A DNA stretch of 64,000 nucleotides from a virus (IMGVR_UViG_3300045125_000101:74068-138067), one strand, 5' to 3'. Numbered from the stretch's first letter, positions 12,524 to 24,156 are shown. Made by a program: numbers and translations. Notes: generated by a model not told the origin, from the sequence alone.

Positions 12524-14005
12524 TTATTTGTTATATTTTTTAAGAACTTCATCCTTGCTTAATTTTTGGCATCGGAAATCCGAGACTATTATTTGGCATA
12601 TGTTGTGCCCAATATATTCATCGTGGCGATAGATATTAAATCTTTCACGGCCTTTCCAGTTTGCCATCATATTGTCCAATCCAGCAGCCATCTTTTCACA
12701 CATGCTTTCTGCACTTAATCCACCAACTCCGCACATCCATTCTCTGCCTTCAAGGGCATATTCACGCCGCTTTTCTTTACTGGTCAAATACCAATACATA
12801 AATGCTTCTGCACAATCTTCCCACTTGGCATAATCAGCAAGAATATATGGCGTTGGAATGCTGCCTTGCATCATGTGAGAACCCGGAAAGATTGGTGTAA
12901 CCCATCTACCGTGATTCTTGTATCTACCGTCAGCGTTGGTTCCCCAGCCATTTTCAAACTTTACTGGATTTCCCGCATCATCAGTAAATCCACATTGGTC
13001 TTGTAGCCCACCAGTCACTGTTACGATGATTGGTGTGCCTGCCATCACGCTTTCCGCAGTAGCAATACCAAATCCTTCGTTGTCAGATAGATTAACAGTT
13101 ACGTCAGCCATATTATAGAACTGGTTCATTCTTTCTGGAAGAACCTTTTCAACGCTGAATACAACATCATAGTTGGGACAGAATGCTTGTTTGCAGGCAG
13201 GTAAATCTGTACCCGCTTCATCCACTGGATGCGTATGCAAGAACAATACACACTTTTCTGCTTCTTCTTTTGGAAGATTGTCGCAGAATGCTCTGTATGC
13301 AAGAAGGATAGTGCTGGTTTGCTTACGACGAATATTTCGGTTATTGTAAAAGATTACAAACTTATAATCTTTCTTGAAATATTGTCTGCGTATAAGTTGT
13401 AGTTCGCTTAATTCAGCAGATGTAGTAAGCGGTCTAAACATTTTGCGATTAATACCGTGTGGCACATAAGATACAGTCGTTGGATTGTCTAATACGTTAC
13501 CAAGAATATTCTTTACGATATTTTCCGTCTGCTTACTAATGCAACCAATCCAATCACACGATTCATAATATGGGCGATTATACATTGGATATGGCAAATC
13601 ATCCCATATAGAATAGAATCCGATTGGAATCTTTTGACGAAGTTCACGTTCGATTTGATATAGCCAAATCCAAAAGCGAGGGTCAGTAAAATGCAGCAAT
13701 GCATCCGGCTTTTCCATCTTAATTACTTCATTAAGAAGGTTGGCATCACCATATCCATCTACTGGATATAAACGCACATATGCATCATCTATACCAGCAA
13801 CTTGATTGGTTGCTTGGTCAAGATTCATTATTTTACCCTTCTCTGGATGAGTGACGCTACCTGCCATCTGCACCCAGTTATATTTGTGAGAAAGACCTGT
13901 CACAAACTCTCTTGCCATAGTAGCAATACCAGAATGCATTCTTAGGTCATCACAAAGCAGTATAATCTTCTTTCTGTCCTTTTGAGGAATATAACCATTT
14001 ACCAT
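12524..14005 (-). CDS. Glycosyltransferase family 4
   Basis: DDLRMHSGIAT, YVPHG, NNRNIRRK, NEGFGIATAES, TGGLQDQ. Confidence 0.9.
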   Translation of the reverse strand: MVNGYIPQKDRKKIILLCDDLRMHSGIATMAREFVTGLSHKYNWVQMAGSVTHPEKGKIMNLDQATNQVAGIDDAYVRLYPVDGYGDANLLNEVIKMEKPDALLHFTDPRFWIWLYQIERELRQKIPIGFYSIWDDLPYPMYNRPYYESCDWIGCISKQTENIVKNILGNVLDNPTTVSYVPHGINRKMFRPLTTSAELSELQLIRRQYFKKDYKFVIFYNNRNIRRKQTSTILLAYRAFCDNLPKEEAEKCVLFLHTHPVDEAGTDLPACKQAFCPNYDVVFSVEKVLPERMNQFYNMADVTVNLSDNEGFGIATAESVMAGTPIIVTVTGGLQDQCGFTDDAGNPVKFENGWGTNADGRYKNHGRWVTPIFPGSHMMQGSIPTPYILADYAKWEDCAEAFMYWYLTSKEKRREYALEGREWMCGVGGLSAESMCEKMAAGLDNMMANWKGRERFNIYRHDEYIGHNICQIIVSDFRCQKLSKDEVLKKYNK

Positions 14006-14049
14006 ATATAACCTTGTATTATGTTTTAAATCATTGATTTGTCAAATTA

Positions 14050-14259
14050 TTTAAAATGCAGAACCACTGATTTGTAAAGAATTTTCTTCGTTAATCTTTT
14101 TTCTGAACTCTGGGTCATTGATATACAAACATACACAGCGATTAACAAGCTTTTGTAGTGTCATACCACTTGACACTCCCGCTTCTTTGAATGCTGTGTA
14201 TTTATCTTTGAACAGATGTACAGACGTGAACGATGTTTCAGACTAGTTTTTAGTTTCAT
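14050..14259 (-). CDS. Small hypothetical protein (possible ribbon-helix-helix-like regulator)
   Basis: MKLKTSLETSFTSVHLFKDKYTAFKE...TLQKLVNRCVCLYINDPEFRKKI. Confidence 0.5.
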
Positions 14260-14327
14260 ATATATGAGTTTTAGTTTTCTCTATATACATATATATGAAA
14301 TATCGTTTTGGTATATATAAGAATTAT

Positions 14328-15337
14328 TTAATCTTCTTTACCATTACAATAAAGTTCGCCCTTATCATTCTTTAGCGTCTTGAAGATGCAGTATTTGCAG
14401 TTTTTGCGTGCCTTGCCGGATTCTTTAGAAACACAGCATCTTTATTATATTCGCCGTTTTCATCAAAGCCATTTTTTATAAAATCAAGAAAAGCGGTTTC
14501 CACTTCTTTCATACTCATCTTGCCATCTGGCGGCGAGATACGTTGAATACGCTGCTGCGGAAACTCTACATCTTCAAGTAACTTGCGCTTGACTACAAAA
14601 AACTCAACTTCTATATCAGACATAGGCACTTTGAATACCTGATGATAAAAACGCTTATATAGCAACAACTGGTCAATCTTGGTTCTATCAGCCTTTTGAT
14701 ATTTGTTCCAGCCACGAGTACTTGTTTTGAAATCTAAAATAAGTATCTTGCCTGTTGCCTTTTCTTTGAACACAATGTCCAAGAAGCCTTTGTATGTTAT
14801 AGTATTGTTCTTTAGCGGTATTTCAAGCGGTAGTTCTATTCCTACTACTTCATACTTCTTTGATGGAAAATGCTTGGTGCGTATGGCATAACTGGTTACG
14901 TGGTCAAGAATAGTTCTGCCATCTGACTTGAACTCTGCTACTTGAGATGGCGTAACAAGACCAAGTTCTTCTATATCTTCCGCAGACAATGTAGATACTT
15001 GCTCATCCGTCGCCATCTTTAGTTGTTTTAGTTCTTCATCAAACGATGATATGAACTTGGCATAACAATCAAACTCATCTGCCGCAGACGAGCCTACATT
15101 ATATAACAATCTAAGATACTCTTGCAATGCTTCGTGGATGCCAGTTCCGAATGAAGTATTGATATTTGCTTCATATGGAGCAAGTTTGTCAATATATGAC
15201 AACTTCCATTGCTGCGGACATTTTAGCCACATAGCATATTGACTAAAACTAACCGTTTTGTTTTTCTTTTTTCTTCAGTAGGAGTTACAACAGGAACTTC
15301 TGCTGTTGGTTCGGCGTAAAAAATCGTTAATAGACAT
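14328..15337 (-). CDS. PD-(D/E)XK nuclease (Cas4/RecB-like)
   Basis: SFSQY..W..CP, FGTGIHE, GFLD, ILDFKTS, QLLLYK. Confidence 0.85.
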
Positions 15338-15420
15338 AAAATCAGTATATATCACGTATTATGAATGTCAATGGCAAACTCTTTATATTTATTTAGATAA
15401 AGAATATCAACATACCTCAT

Positions 15421-15878
15421 ATGGAAAATAAAACATTCACACATATCCTGCAAAAAGGGAATATTGCGTACATTTTCAGTAGCAAAGGTTGTAAGGAAAA
15501 AGATATTGATGAACTAAAAAGTTTAATCAAAGGCATTGCTTCAGACGAGCGTGAATATAATCAGATGCTCAAAAGAAGAAATGGCAAAAATGTCTGATAT
15601 GCACGATGATAAGAACCCAATACCCGGCATTATATACAATAACGATGAAACAGATGCCAGAAGAAACTTGATATATACCATTGCCAACAAGTTTTCAAAA
15701 AATATCAAAAGTATGAACTTCAATAAAGGAGAACTTGCATTCTTGATTTCTTCTATTGTAGCAAAGTTGGAACTTGAACACGAAGATTTGTAAAACTTAG
15801 CGAAGAACTTGGAAATGAACTTGGCGAAGACGACGAAGAACAGGATGAAGATGAAGACGGTGATGAATACAAATACTA
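15421..15878 (+). CDS. Hypothetical protein with acidic C-terminus (frameshifted)
   Basis: ORF 15536-15793 plus flanking in-frame fragments. Confidence 0.4.
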
Positions 15879-16530
15879 AAATTTTTGTATCCAAATCTTC
15901 ATAAACTTTTCTACGTGCTCGTTTAGTGTTGGGTTCAGCAATAGTTCCTGCAAGCTGAGTGGCTTATTTAGTGCAGGGTTTAGCAATAGTTGATGCACGT
16001 TTAGTCGTCTTTCATCTTCCCACTCAATGGTATGATGTGCCGCTGCTTTGATTTTAGGGTCATTATATGCTTCGTGCTCATTGGCAGGTTGCACAAACTG
16101 CTTTTCGCCATCAACAATGCTATATTTGCTGATATGACATATATTATTCCATTGACTTCTTTCTTCAAGAAGTGCAACTCATCTTTTTCATATGTGTCAT
16201 AACGCACGTCAGTTATGATATAATAATCATAGTTTGACTCTTCAATGGCTTTCTTGGCAAAATCAATCCAATATCTACCATTAGTGCGTTTGCGTTGAGC
16301 ATCACCATACCATACAAGCATTGGACGAATAATGTCCTTTCTTCAGTGATTTGAGATATGCAGATATGCCAAGATTATCTTTTAGAAACTTGTCGCAATG
16401 CACCTTTAGTGGTTCAGCAAAGCAATCTTTTTTACACTCTTGCCTGCTTGTTGAAGTTTCATTTCCAATATAGCAGCAAATGTGTCTTTACCGCAGCGGG
16501 CCACCCCCGATACTCCCAACACTTGTTTAT
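15876..16530 (-). CDS. Deoxynucleoside monophosphate kinase-like P-loop protein (frameshifted)
   Basis: VLGVSGVARCGKDTFA, RPMLVWYG, IITDVRY...E. Confidence 0.75.
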
Positions 16531-16549
16531 TTATTTTTTTGCATATATT

Positions 16550-16960
16550 TATTCCCACTTGCGGTGGTCTTCTGCTACCCATTCCCGTGCCATCATATTC
16601 AGCAATATGCCATTTTACATCGTCAGGCACTTCTACGATTTTTATTTTTCCACTATTACCTGTTGATGCTTCAGCACCAAGTTCTTCAATGGTTTCAATC
16701 AAAAACTTGTTGGTCCTATCATTTCTAAAACTATCATTGATGATATAATCATACGATCTTTCCTGCTCTTGTGGATTTGGTATAGAATACGCACGCCAAC
16801 CAAAACTATTATCTGGGTTAGATACAGGAACAAGTTTTTTGGGAGAAGTATATTCGGTTTTGAAGAAATAACAACCTATGCCTGCTTTTTGGCAGTATAG
16901 TTTGATTGCTTCTGAAGACAAACTAAATGCTCCATAGTATGCGTTGATGGCGACTTTCAT
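16550..16960 (-). CDS. Conserved phage hypothetical protein
   Basis: MKVAINAYYGAFSLS...LIETIEELG...KIVEVPDDVKWHIAEYDG. Confidence 0.6.
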
Positions 16961-16961
16961 A

Positions 16962-17433
16962 TTATGCTTCCATTAGTTCTTTGATTTGCTTTTCGTTATA
17001 TCCGTATTTGCTTACAATGCCGGTAATATCTGCCTTTGTCAAGATAGATATATACTCAAGTACGTTTCTTTCACTATCTTGAAAATGATTGGCAAGCAAA
17101 TCTAAGCAGTGCAGGATTGTGCTTTTCACTCTTGCTTTTGATATATGGATAAAATGCTTTGCGTTTTGGCACAAATGCAATCAATACCTTATAAAACTCC
17201 TTGGGCGATAATACGCCGCCATACTTTTGAACGTGGTTCAATGTATCAATAAGTTCAGGTTGCATACTCAGAAAGCGGCATACCATAAAGTTAGACCAAC
17301 TCTTTTTGTCTGCATCAGAGATTTTATCAAAGTAATCAACGTCCTGCTTTTCGCGAACGTGATTGATATGGTCAAACAAGCCCTTGGGCTTGGTTATGGT
17401 TGAGCCGCCTTCAGTTGATTTCTTTTCTGGCAT
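16962..17433 (-). CDS. Clamp-loader small subunit-like protein (T4 gp62-like; frameshifted)
   Basis: LFDHIN...WSNFMVCRFLSM...PKRKAFYPYIKSK. Confidence 0.6.
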
Positions 17434-18004
17434 TTTAGGATTTTACCCAAACACGCTTATCGTATTGCACAAAGGTTGTCAATCCAAAGCCGTTCTTGGC
17501 GTTAGACCATACACCTACATCATTTTTTGAGGATGTGATTTTTGTAAATGTAGCCGCAGTTGATTCAGACCGGCTTTGGTCAAATAAAACTTGCTGCCAA
17601 CAGACAACTTTCCAAACTCAATCTGCTTTGTTTCTTCGCTCATTTTTGTTTTCCTCTGTTGATAGTTCTGCAGTGTCCTTTGTCTTGGTAATAAGACGCT
17701 GAACGTGCTGTTCTAATCTATGAAATCTTGATTGATATTCTGTATGTTTTCCTGATAGTTTATCTAGCTTTTGCTGGTTTGACGCTTGAGATTATCAAAG
17801 ATTATCTTGAGCGTGTCTGTAATAGCATTGCCGCTTTCCATAATACTGGATTTTATGGTCTTTATCCATCTTCTTGATGCGAATATGCAGTTTATACAAC
17901 TGATAAGCAAGATACATCTCTGCCATCGCAACGATTGCTAAAAGTATATAAAAATAGGTCATAATATAAATGCCCCAACAATATATGTCAGGGCAGTGTA
18001 TTTG

Positions 18005-18664
18005 TCAAGACGCCATTTGATGCCTTACTTCAACTACATTGTCCAAGAAATGCACCCAACTTGGATGATGGGCGATTTGGATCGTAGAACTTACTGGTAT
18101 GGCTTTAGGAGCAATAGGCTTGCGAATAAGTTTCAAGCCAGCTTGTTCTGGCGTTTTGTCGGCTTTCTTGCTATTGATGTCTTTATGACACCATACCATA
18201 TTCTCAAATGTGTTTTTGCCACCTTTGGTACGTGGTATAACGTGGTCAATATTACCATCTTTCCAAGAAATCTGACGGCCTGTATATTGACACACACCAC
18301 CATCTCGCTTACGAATGCTTTCTTTGGTAGGACGAGGCGTAACTACAGGCATTTTGCTATAGTTAGATTGTATGATTACTCGTGGAGCACGAATAGTCAT
18401 ATTAGATGTATGTATAGCAAGGTCATAATCTCTTACTGGCAACTTTTTCCAAGTTTCCCAATCAACAGGCTGAACATATTCTGGATTGTCCCAATCAACA
18501 TTGCCGTCGCTATCAGTAGGAAAGTTCATATCTATAGCAAGAGCAGCAGGACTATTGCCGTCAACTCCACCAAGCATAGAAATAAGAGCTTCTTTGACAG
18601 TCTTTGTATTCAAAGCTTGCCACAAGCCGTTTAAACATAAAACCGGTTGATTGACTACATTCAT
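18005..18664 (-). CDS. HNH endonuclease (McrA-like)
   Basis: VLCLN, RDGGVCQYTG, NIDHVIPRTKGGKNTFENMVWCHKDINSKKADKTP. Confidence 0.9.
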   Translation of the reverse strand: MNVVNQPVLCLNGLWQALNTKTVKEALISMLGGVDGNSPAALAIDMNFPTDSDGNVDWDNPEYVQPVDWETWKKLPVRDYDLAIHTSNMTIRAPRVIIQSNYSKMPVVTPRPTKESIRKRDGGVCQYTGRQISWKDGNIDHVIPRTKGGKNTFENMVWCHKDINSKKADKTPEQAGLKLIRKPIAPKAIPVSSTIQIAHHPSWVHFLDNVVEVRHQMAS

Positions 18665-18709
18665 AATATATCCTTTCAGATATAACTATGTGCTATAAAG
18701 TATAAAAAG

Positions 18710-18919
18710 TCAAGTCTTATTTTTGACTGGAATAACCTTTTCAATCCTGAAGTATGGGTCAAAATCAATCTCCATATCATCATCAAACAAAACAACCGTT
18801 CTGTTGGCTTTTTGTATTACAGCGGTTACTTTTAGTTTCTTACCAGTTGAAGAAATAACAATATCTCCAACTTCAAGTCGCTTGGCGATTTTATCCGTAT
18901 ATGCTGTTTTTGTCATCAT
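18710..18919 (-). CDS. Small hypothetical protein
   Basis: 69-aa ORF with ATATTTAT directly upstream. Confidence 0.5.
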   Translation of the reverse strand: MMTKTAYTDKIAKRLEVGDIVISSTGKKLKVTAVIQKANRTVVLFDDDMEIDFDPYFRIEKVIPVKNKT

Positions 18920-19194
18920 AAATAAATATCAATATTTTGTGCCTAAATGCCAATATCCACAATAACTACATTTGTATGGCGTTTTTCAGAACGATACTCT
19001 ATCAGTATTCTTTTAGCATCACGCAATGCATCGTTTATACTGCTATAGTTTGTTTTAGATGCACAAGATGTTTTGTGATGTTCATTTTTGGCAATATGCT
19101 TTCTTTTCATAACATCTTATACTAAGAGTAGATATTGTCAATAAAAAATCCCCCAAAGTTACTCGGGGATTTTGATTTATTTTTGCTCTAACTA

Positions 19195-19399
19195 TTAGGC
19201 AAGAACCGCACGCAGCGCAGCAACCTGTCGGCCATTGAGGAACGCGGGTGAACTTGCCGGTCTCGGGATTAGTGGCACCGAGAGTAAGATACGTAGAAAC
19301 GCTCTTCTTGTTAGCCTTAGAGAAGTACAGGGCAAAACCATCGTTGATGACGGTGGTGGCTGTCTCCTTACCATTGTGTGTCTTTGTAACCTTTTTCAT
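19195..19399 (-). CDS. Small basic hypothetical protein
   Basis: MKKVTKTHNG...TNPETGKFTRV; followed by a terminator-like hairpin. Confidence 0.45.
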
Positions 19400-19466
19400 A
19401 TGTTTGTGTAGTTTGTTTTGTTTTTTATTATTCTTATGTTGAATAAGATAAAATCAAGTATGCAGA

Positions 19467-20436
19467 TTACTCACAAAGTGTCAATAAACTTTCGCGAGAA
19501 ATCTTATTTATAGCGATTTCTTTCATTTTGAACTCAAAGTCAGAGGTGCAAGTCGCCTTTGTAGTTGGCATAAATAGCAGGCAGCATTGTAGGAAAATCA
19601 GCGTGAGCACGCGGATTTTGCCGAGCAAAGATTCACTAAAATGAAACAATGGAACAACATCCTTGGGCCAAGTACTTAGTGCAGTTTCAAATGCTTCTTC
19701 TTCGCTTGTGGCATTAGGATTGCATAGATGATGCAGATTATCAAACGTGATTGGAATACCAAGTCGCTTGAATGTATTTTCATACAACGCCATTACTGAC
19801 CAACTCTTATGTTTGTCTTCGTTCTCAAGCACAAGACGACTACGCACTCCATCGCTCATATTATGATACACCGTTTCAAATCTATCTGTGGTTTCGCCGT
19901 AGTTACCGTTGTTATAACAGTTCATATGAATATTGATAGGCCTTCATAACTTCTTGGAAGTTGTAGCATATCCATAATCAAAGCGTGTTGTTCCAAATCT
20001 CGTGATAGAGTTTTCTACTACCTTTGGATTGGGGCTGGCGGGCACAACAAGCTGGTCTGGATGCATACTACAGCTGAATATTATGCTTCTTGATTGTATT
20101 AGCCGCAGCAGCAAACTCTGCATATATAGCATCAGCATTGTAAAATCATCTACACCAAACTTCAAGTCTGGATGTATTATTAGCTGGAAGCACATTGCTG
20201 CCAATGCGATAGTTCCAGTTATTGACTGCACACTCTTTGAGAATGGCGTGAATAGTTTTGATGTTATTGAGCGAACGGTCAGCAAGAACAACCATTGCAG
20301 CTTTCTTACCCAACTTCTTATATTGGGCATATGTCATAACATTGAACTTAGTTTTTTGCTCTTGTAGTCCTACGTGAATACAGCAGAGAGATGGAGTAAT
20401 ATTAGATGGTAAAATCATATAAGACATATTATACAA
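19467..20436 (-). CDS. uvsE: UV-damage endonuclease UvsE (frameshifted)
   Basis: NYRIGS, CSMHPDQLVV.ASPNP, INIH, LVLENEDK, ITFDNLHH..N, LFHFSES. Confidence 0.9.
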
Positions 20437-20479
20437 TAAATGGTTGGTGTCAAAGCAATAAAAAGTAACGCGCCGATTA

Positions 20480-21066
20480 ACTTTTAGTCAGTTTAAAATT
20501 TCCAACACCATCACCGAGTGTTATTTTTCCCAAGTATAATCTTTATATTTTTCTTTTACCTTTTCTAAAAATGCTGGTCCCGTTTCATATAAATTATTTA
20601 TATCGTCTCCATTATAAGCGCCATTCTTTCAAAAAATTATTTCTTTTATTTTTTATTCTATCTAAATCAATTGAATTTAAAATCAAATAGTCTAGTCCTT
20701 CGGTGTCTATACACAAGTGATGAATATCTGTTAATTTTAACATTTCACACATCGTGTTGAACTTTACGGTTCTTATTTTTTTGAATCAATTAAGTTTCTA
20801 TATGTTCTTCTATTAATCAGACTATTTAATCCGTCGTGATTATATAGATAAAAATCCGCCACACCATCTTCTACAGATATACCAAAATCAAAATACTAAT
20901 ATTTCGTGCTTTTGTACAGCGGCGAATAATTGAGTTTTAACTGCTCTTGTTATATCTTTATTGGGTTCAATTAGAATTATACGGGATTTTTCATCTATTT
21001 TTTCTATCATTCGTTGGAAATCGTCGTTTCCCGCATTTAGATCCTATTTGTATATAAGTATTCACG
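20480..21066 (-). CDS. FkbM-like methyltransferase (heavily frameshifted)
   Basis: YIQIGSNAGND, ILIEPN, IDTEGLDYLI read on the - strand. Confidence 0.55.
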
Positions 21067-21127
21067 TAATATATTAATAATAAGAGCCTCGTTAGAGGCT
21101 CTTGATTATAACCAAGTTATGAGTTTT

Positions 21128-21850
21128 ATCAGAACTTAACAGTAACAAATCCACTCAAGCCAATCATTGTTGGCGTGTAACAGAGTTGTTTAGATGATTA
21201 TAACGATAACCAGCACCAACAACCAACGTTCTTGGCTTCATACACCAAATCAATCTTTCCAGTAAGGTAATAATACGAATCCTTTACTGGACCGCCTCGG
21301 AGTTCTGGTAGAGCATCCTTGGCACTAACCCAACCAAGAGTTGCCGCAGGAACCAGTTTGAATCCCTTAGCAAGCAGGAATAGATTGATTGGTTGACTGA
21401 GTGTACCTTCAGCAAACAGTTGGCGAAGATTCAAGTCATAGCCAGCAGTCACTGTTGGGCTCAAGAATGCGTCATATGCCAGTGAACCATAATGCTTCAA
21501 TGCTATAGTTTGTCTGACCCTTGGCAGCACTAGCCTTTTGGATAAAAATATCCAACGCCGCCAACCTTGAGTGTGGTAGCCTTGTCAATGGAATATCCTT
21601 GAGTTAGAGCAACATCAACCTCGCGAACAGTTGTGGCTAGATTATCAATATCCCAAAAACCAACTACAGTCAAACTGGTCTTTGATGGCAGATTTACTGT
21701 AACTTTAGAAGTACCAACATTAGTTCCGCTGGTTACACCGCGAAACACATAGTCGCTTTCAAATCCAGCAGTAGCAGATACTGTCTGTGAAAAAGCAACC
21801 GAAGTGATAGCAATCAAACCTGCGATTAGTTTAGTAATATATTTCTTCAT
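21128..21850 (-). CDS. Signal-peptide outer-membrane protein, TorF-like putative porin (frameshifted)
   Basis: Signal peptide, ESDYVFRG motif, alternating beta strands, C-terminal SGFVTVKF. Confidence 0.65.
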
Positions 21851-21903
21851 ATTTATTTTATATTTAGTTATTTTTCTTCACGATTTTACGCAAAGTACCG
21901 ATA

Positions 21904-21932
21904 ACTATATGATATAAAAATCTTTATGTCAA
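21904..21932 (-). promoter_or_regulatory. Sigma70-type promoter
   Basis: TTGACA-N17-TATAGT upstream of the porin-like gene. Confidence 0.7.
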
Positions 21933-21941
21933 TATATAAAA

Positions 21942-22328
21942 TGGTGGACGTGGCGGAAGTCGAATCCGCGTGCTGTATAATATAACTACAACCATATACA
22001 TGCTTATCTCTTATAATCCGACTAAGTTTGGTAGAGCACCACTTAGAAGTTGAGGACTCTGTATTATCTCGCTGTTGTTACGACCCTCGTCCTCACAACA
22101 GCCAGCAGATGGTCGAGCGTTGTTATTCCATATATCTGCGTCAATAGATAAAACGGGTAGCAACTTAGGCTGCACAGCAACTTCGCTCTTGCGGCTTACG
22201 CTCAAGAACGATGTCTTTGCAAGATTTCTCTTAGCATTTATTTTTTCCAACGGGTATTATACAGAGACATTAGACTCTGTGCATGCGGACTCGTATCTAC
22301 ACTATATAGTAGAATCCAGAACACGCCC
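21942..22328 (-). ncRNA. ssrA: tmRNA
   Basis: 5' GGGCGTGTTCTGGATTC; 3' T-arm plus CACGTCCACCA with G3:U70; resume context AAATAAAT-GCT; tag frame ending GCA GCC TAA. Confidence 0.93.
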
Positions 22329-22337
22329 ATAAAGATA

Positions 22338-22518
22338 GAAAACGTGTAGGGGCTAGGTGTTTGGGCACCAGCACCGGAAATACATTCGGGTATTTCATCC
22401 TATCCCAACAACTTCGGATATTTAAACAAGAATAAGACTTGATACCTACTATGATGTTATGTGAGAATAGTCGCAAGTTTTACAAACAACGACTCTTTTA
22501 ACTACCCTACACGTTTCT
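22338..22518 (-). ncRNA. Unassigned ~180-nt structured RNA
   Basis: Terminal inverted repeat AAACGTGTAGGG/CCCTACACGTTT; no ORF; between a promoter/boxA-like leader and tmRNA. Confidence 0.55.
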
Positions 22519-22652
22519 AAAAGTGATTCAAAGAACAGCATCTATAATTATCTAGATATATCGTCATGTCAATACTTTTTATTTTAGGAAATTTTTATAA
22601 AAAGTATATTCTGGTTGACATATACAATACTTAGAATAATATTTTTATTTTT

Positions 22653-23006
22653 ATGTATAAACTATTTCTTGATGATGTAAGAGAGCCAGAACAAGTGACT
22701 TGGGTGAAACTGCCAGATGGTCCTTGGGAAATCGTGCGTAACTATAATCAGTTTGTTGAGCATATCAATAAGCACGGCATTCCATCATATATTGCTTTTG
22801 ACCACGACCTTGCAGAAGAGCACTATGGTGCTAATCCACGAAGCGAGTTCAAAGAAAAACTGGCTATCAATTGTGCCAAATGGCTCATTGAAAAGTGTAT
22901 GGATGAAGATACGAGCTTTCCACACTATGTTGTTCATAGCATGAACCCTGTTGGAAAAATGAATATCACCAGCCTTATTGAAAACTTTAGAAACACCATC
23001 AAGTGA
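22653..23006 (+). CDS. Cyclic-phosphate-processing receiver-like domain protein
   Basis: LFLDDVREP, IAFDHDL, CAKWL, VHSMNPVG..NI. Confidence 0.75.
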   Translation: MYKLFLDDVREPEQVTWVKLPDGPWEIVRNYNQFVEHINKHGIPSYIAFDHDLAEEHYGANPRSEFKEKLAINCAKWLIEKCMDEDTSFPHYVVHSMNPVGKMNITSLIENFRNTIK

Positions 23007-23668
23007 AGAAACTGACGTTCAAGAGTTCTGAACAAAAGATATGGTTTGTGTCTGACCTTCATGTTGGACACAACAAACCATTTATATTAAACCCTCGCTT
23101 TTACAATAATGTAAATGAAGCAGTTCAGCATACTTTTGATATGTTGTATTCACATATCGGTCCAAATGATATAATCTTCAATCTTGGCGATATGGTGTGC
23201 GGAGCAGGTCAAGCTTCAGAAGAATATGCCAAAAGAGTAGTAAATATACCTTGCAAGGCTCATTACTATATTTGGGGCAATCATAGTGCTGGCATCAAAA
23301 GCTTATATGATAAGGTGCGTGGTGATATTGGACTATTGGCAGATGATATAGATATGTATCCTTTGCCACATCCAAATAGCCCGTTTGTATTTCTTGGGCA
23401 TTATGCAGAAGTGTTTATTGATAGCACGCCAGTTGTATTAACACATTATCCTATTGCTTCTTGGAATCATATGGGTGATGGTGGATATAATATTCACGGT
23501 CATTGTCATAGAAGCATGAAAGAAGATACAACTATAAAACGACTTGATGTTGGATGGGATTGGAAAAAGCGACCAGTTGAATGGAATGAGATTGTGAGAG
23601 AACTTAAATCAAACAAGTTTGAACCAGTCGATCATCACGGAAAAAATGTTGATTCATTTTTTGAATAA
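23003..23668 (+). CDS. Calcineurin-like metallophosphoesterase
   Basis: SDLH, LGD, GNH, HYP, IHGHCH, DVG. Confidence 0.9.
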   Translation: MKKLTFKSSEQKIWFVSDLHVGHNKPFILNPRFYNNVNEAVQHTFDMLYSHIGPNDIIFNLGDMVCGAGQASEEYAKRVVNIPCKAHYYIWGNHSAGIKSLYDKVRGDIGLLADDIDMYPLPHPNSPFVFLGHYAEVFIDSTPVVLTHYPIASWNHMGDGGYNIHGHCHRSMKEDTTIKRLDVGWDWKKRPVEWNEIVRELKSNKFEPVDHHGKNVDSFFE

Positions 23669-23693
23669 AAAAGCCCCGAGTTATCGGGGCTTT
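23668..23693. terminator. Bidirectional intrinsic terminator
   Basis: AAAAAGCCCCGA-GTTA-TCGGGGCTTT between convergent genes. Confidence 0.75.
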
Positions 23694-23697
23694 AATT

Positions 23698-24129
23698 TTA
23701 CAGTGAACTTGGTGTTGGTGTAGGTTCGGGCATTGGCTCGAACGTAGGATATATAGAAGTTTCTGAAGTAGGTGATGGTGTTGGTGTGGTCCAAGGTGGC
23801 GGCAAATAAGCAATAGGAGGATTTATTTTATTATCTATTTCTAAATCTATACTTGCTTGCATCTGTGCCAATTTTTCTTGTCCAATAGATTCTTCTATCC
23901 AATCTGTTACATTTTGTTCCGTAATTTCTGCATATGGTATGAAAGGACGACTACCGGAAACAAATGGTGCAATTTGTTGAGCACCAAATAATTGATGGCT
24001 ATAACTGGCAGAATTCGCTTCACGAGTACCAGTATAATACCAATGTACTATATACACAATATTTTCTAGACCGTCTTGGTGTGCATATGTTTGTAATGTA
24101 GGAAATGTCCAATTATATGTAGTTGCCAT
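23698..24129 (-). CDS. Tail-fibre-associated-type hypothetical protein with Pro/Thr tail
   Basis: YNWT...VYIVHW...FIPYAEITEQNVTDWI...INPP..LPPPW. Confidence 0.55.
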   Translation of the reverse strand: MATTYNWTFPTLQTYAHQDGLENIVYIVHWYYTGTREANSASYSHQLFGAQQIAPFVSGSRPFIPYAEITEQNVTDWIEESIGQEKLAQMQASIDLEIDNKINPPIAYLPPPWTTPTPSPTSETSIYPTFEPMPEPTPTPSSL

Positions 24130-24156
24130 AGCTTTATACTAAACCATTCAGTCCAA

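Noticed and set aside
14328-15337. Cas4 of a CRISPR system
   Set aside because: No cas1/cas2 or array nearby; stand-alone PD-(D/E)XK nucleases are common in phages.
22011-22332. Protein-coding ORFs 22011-22250 and 22075-22332
   Set aside because: They overlap tmRNA; the first is the tag frame extended by a probable indel.
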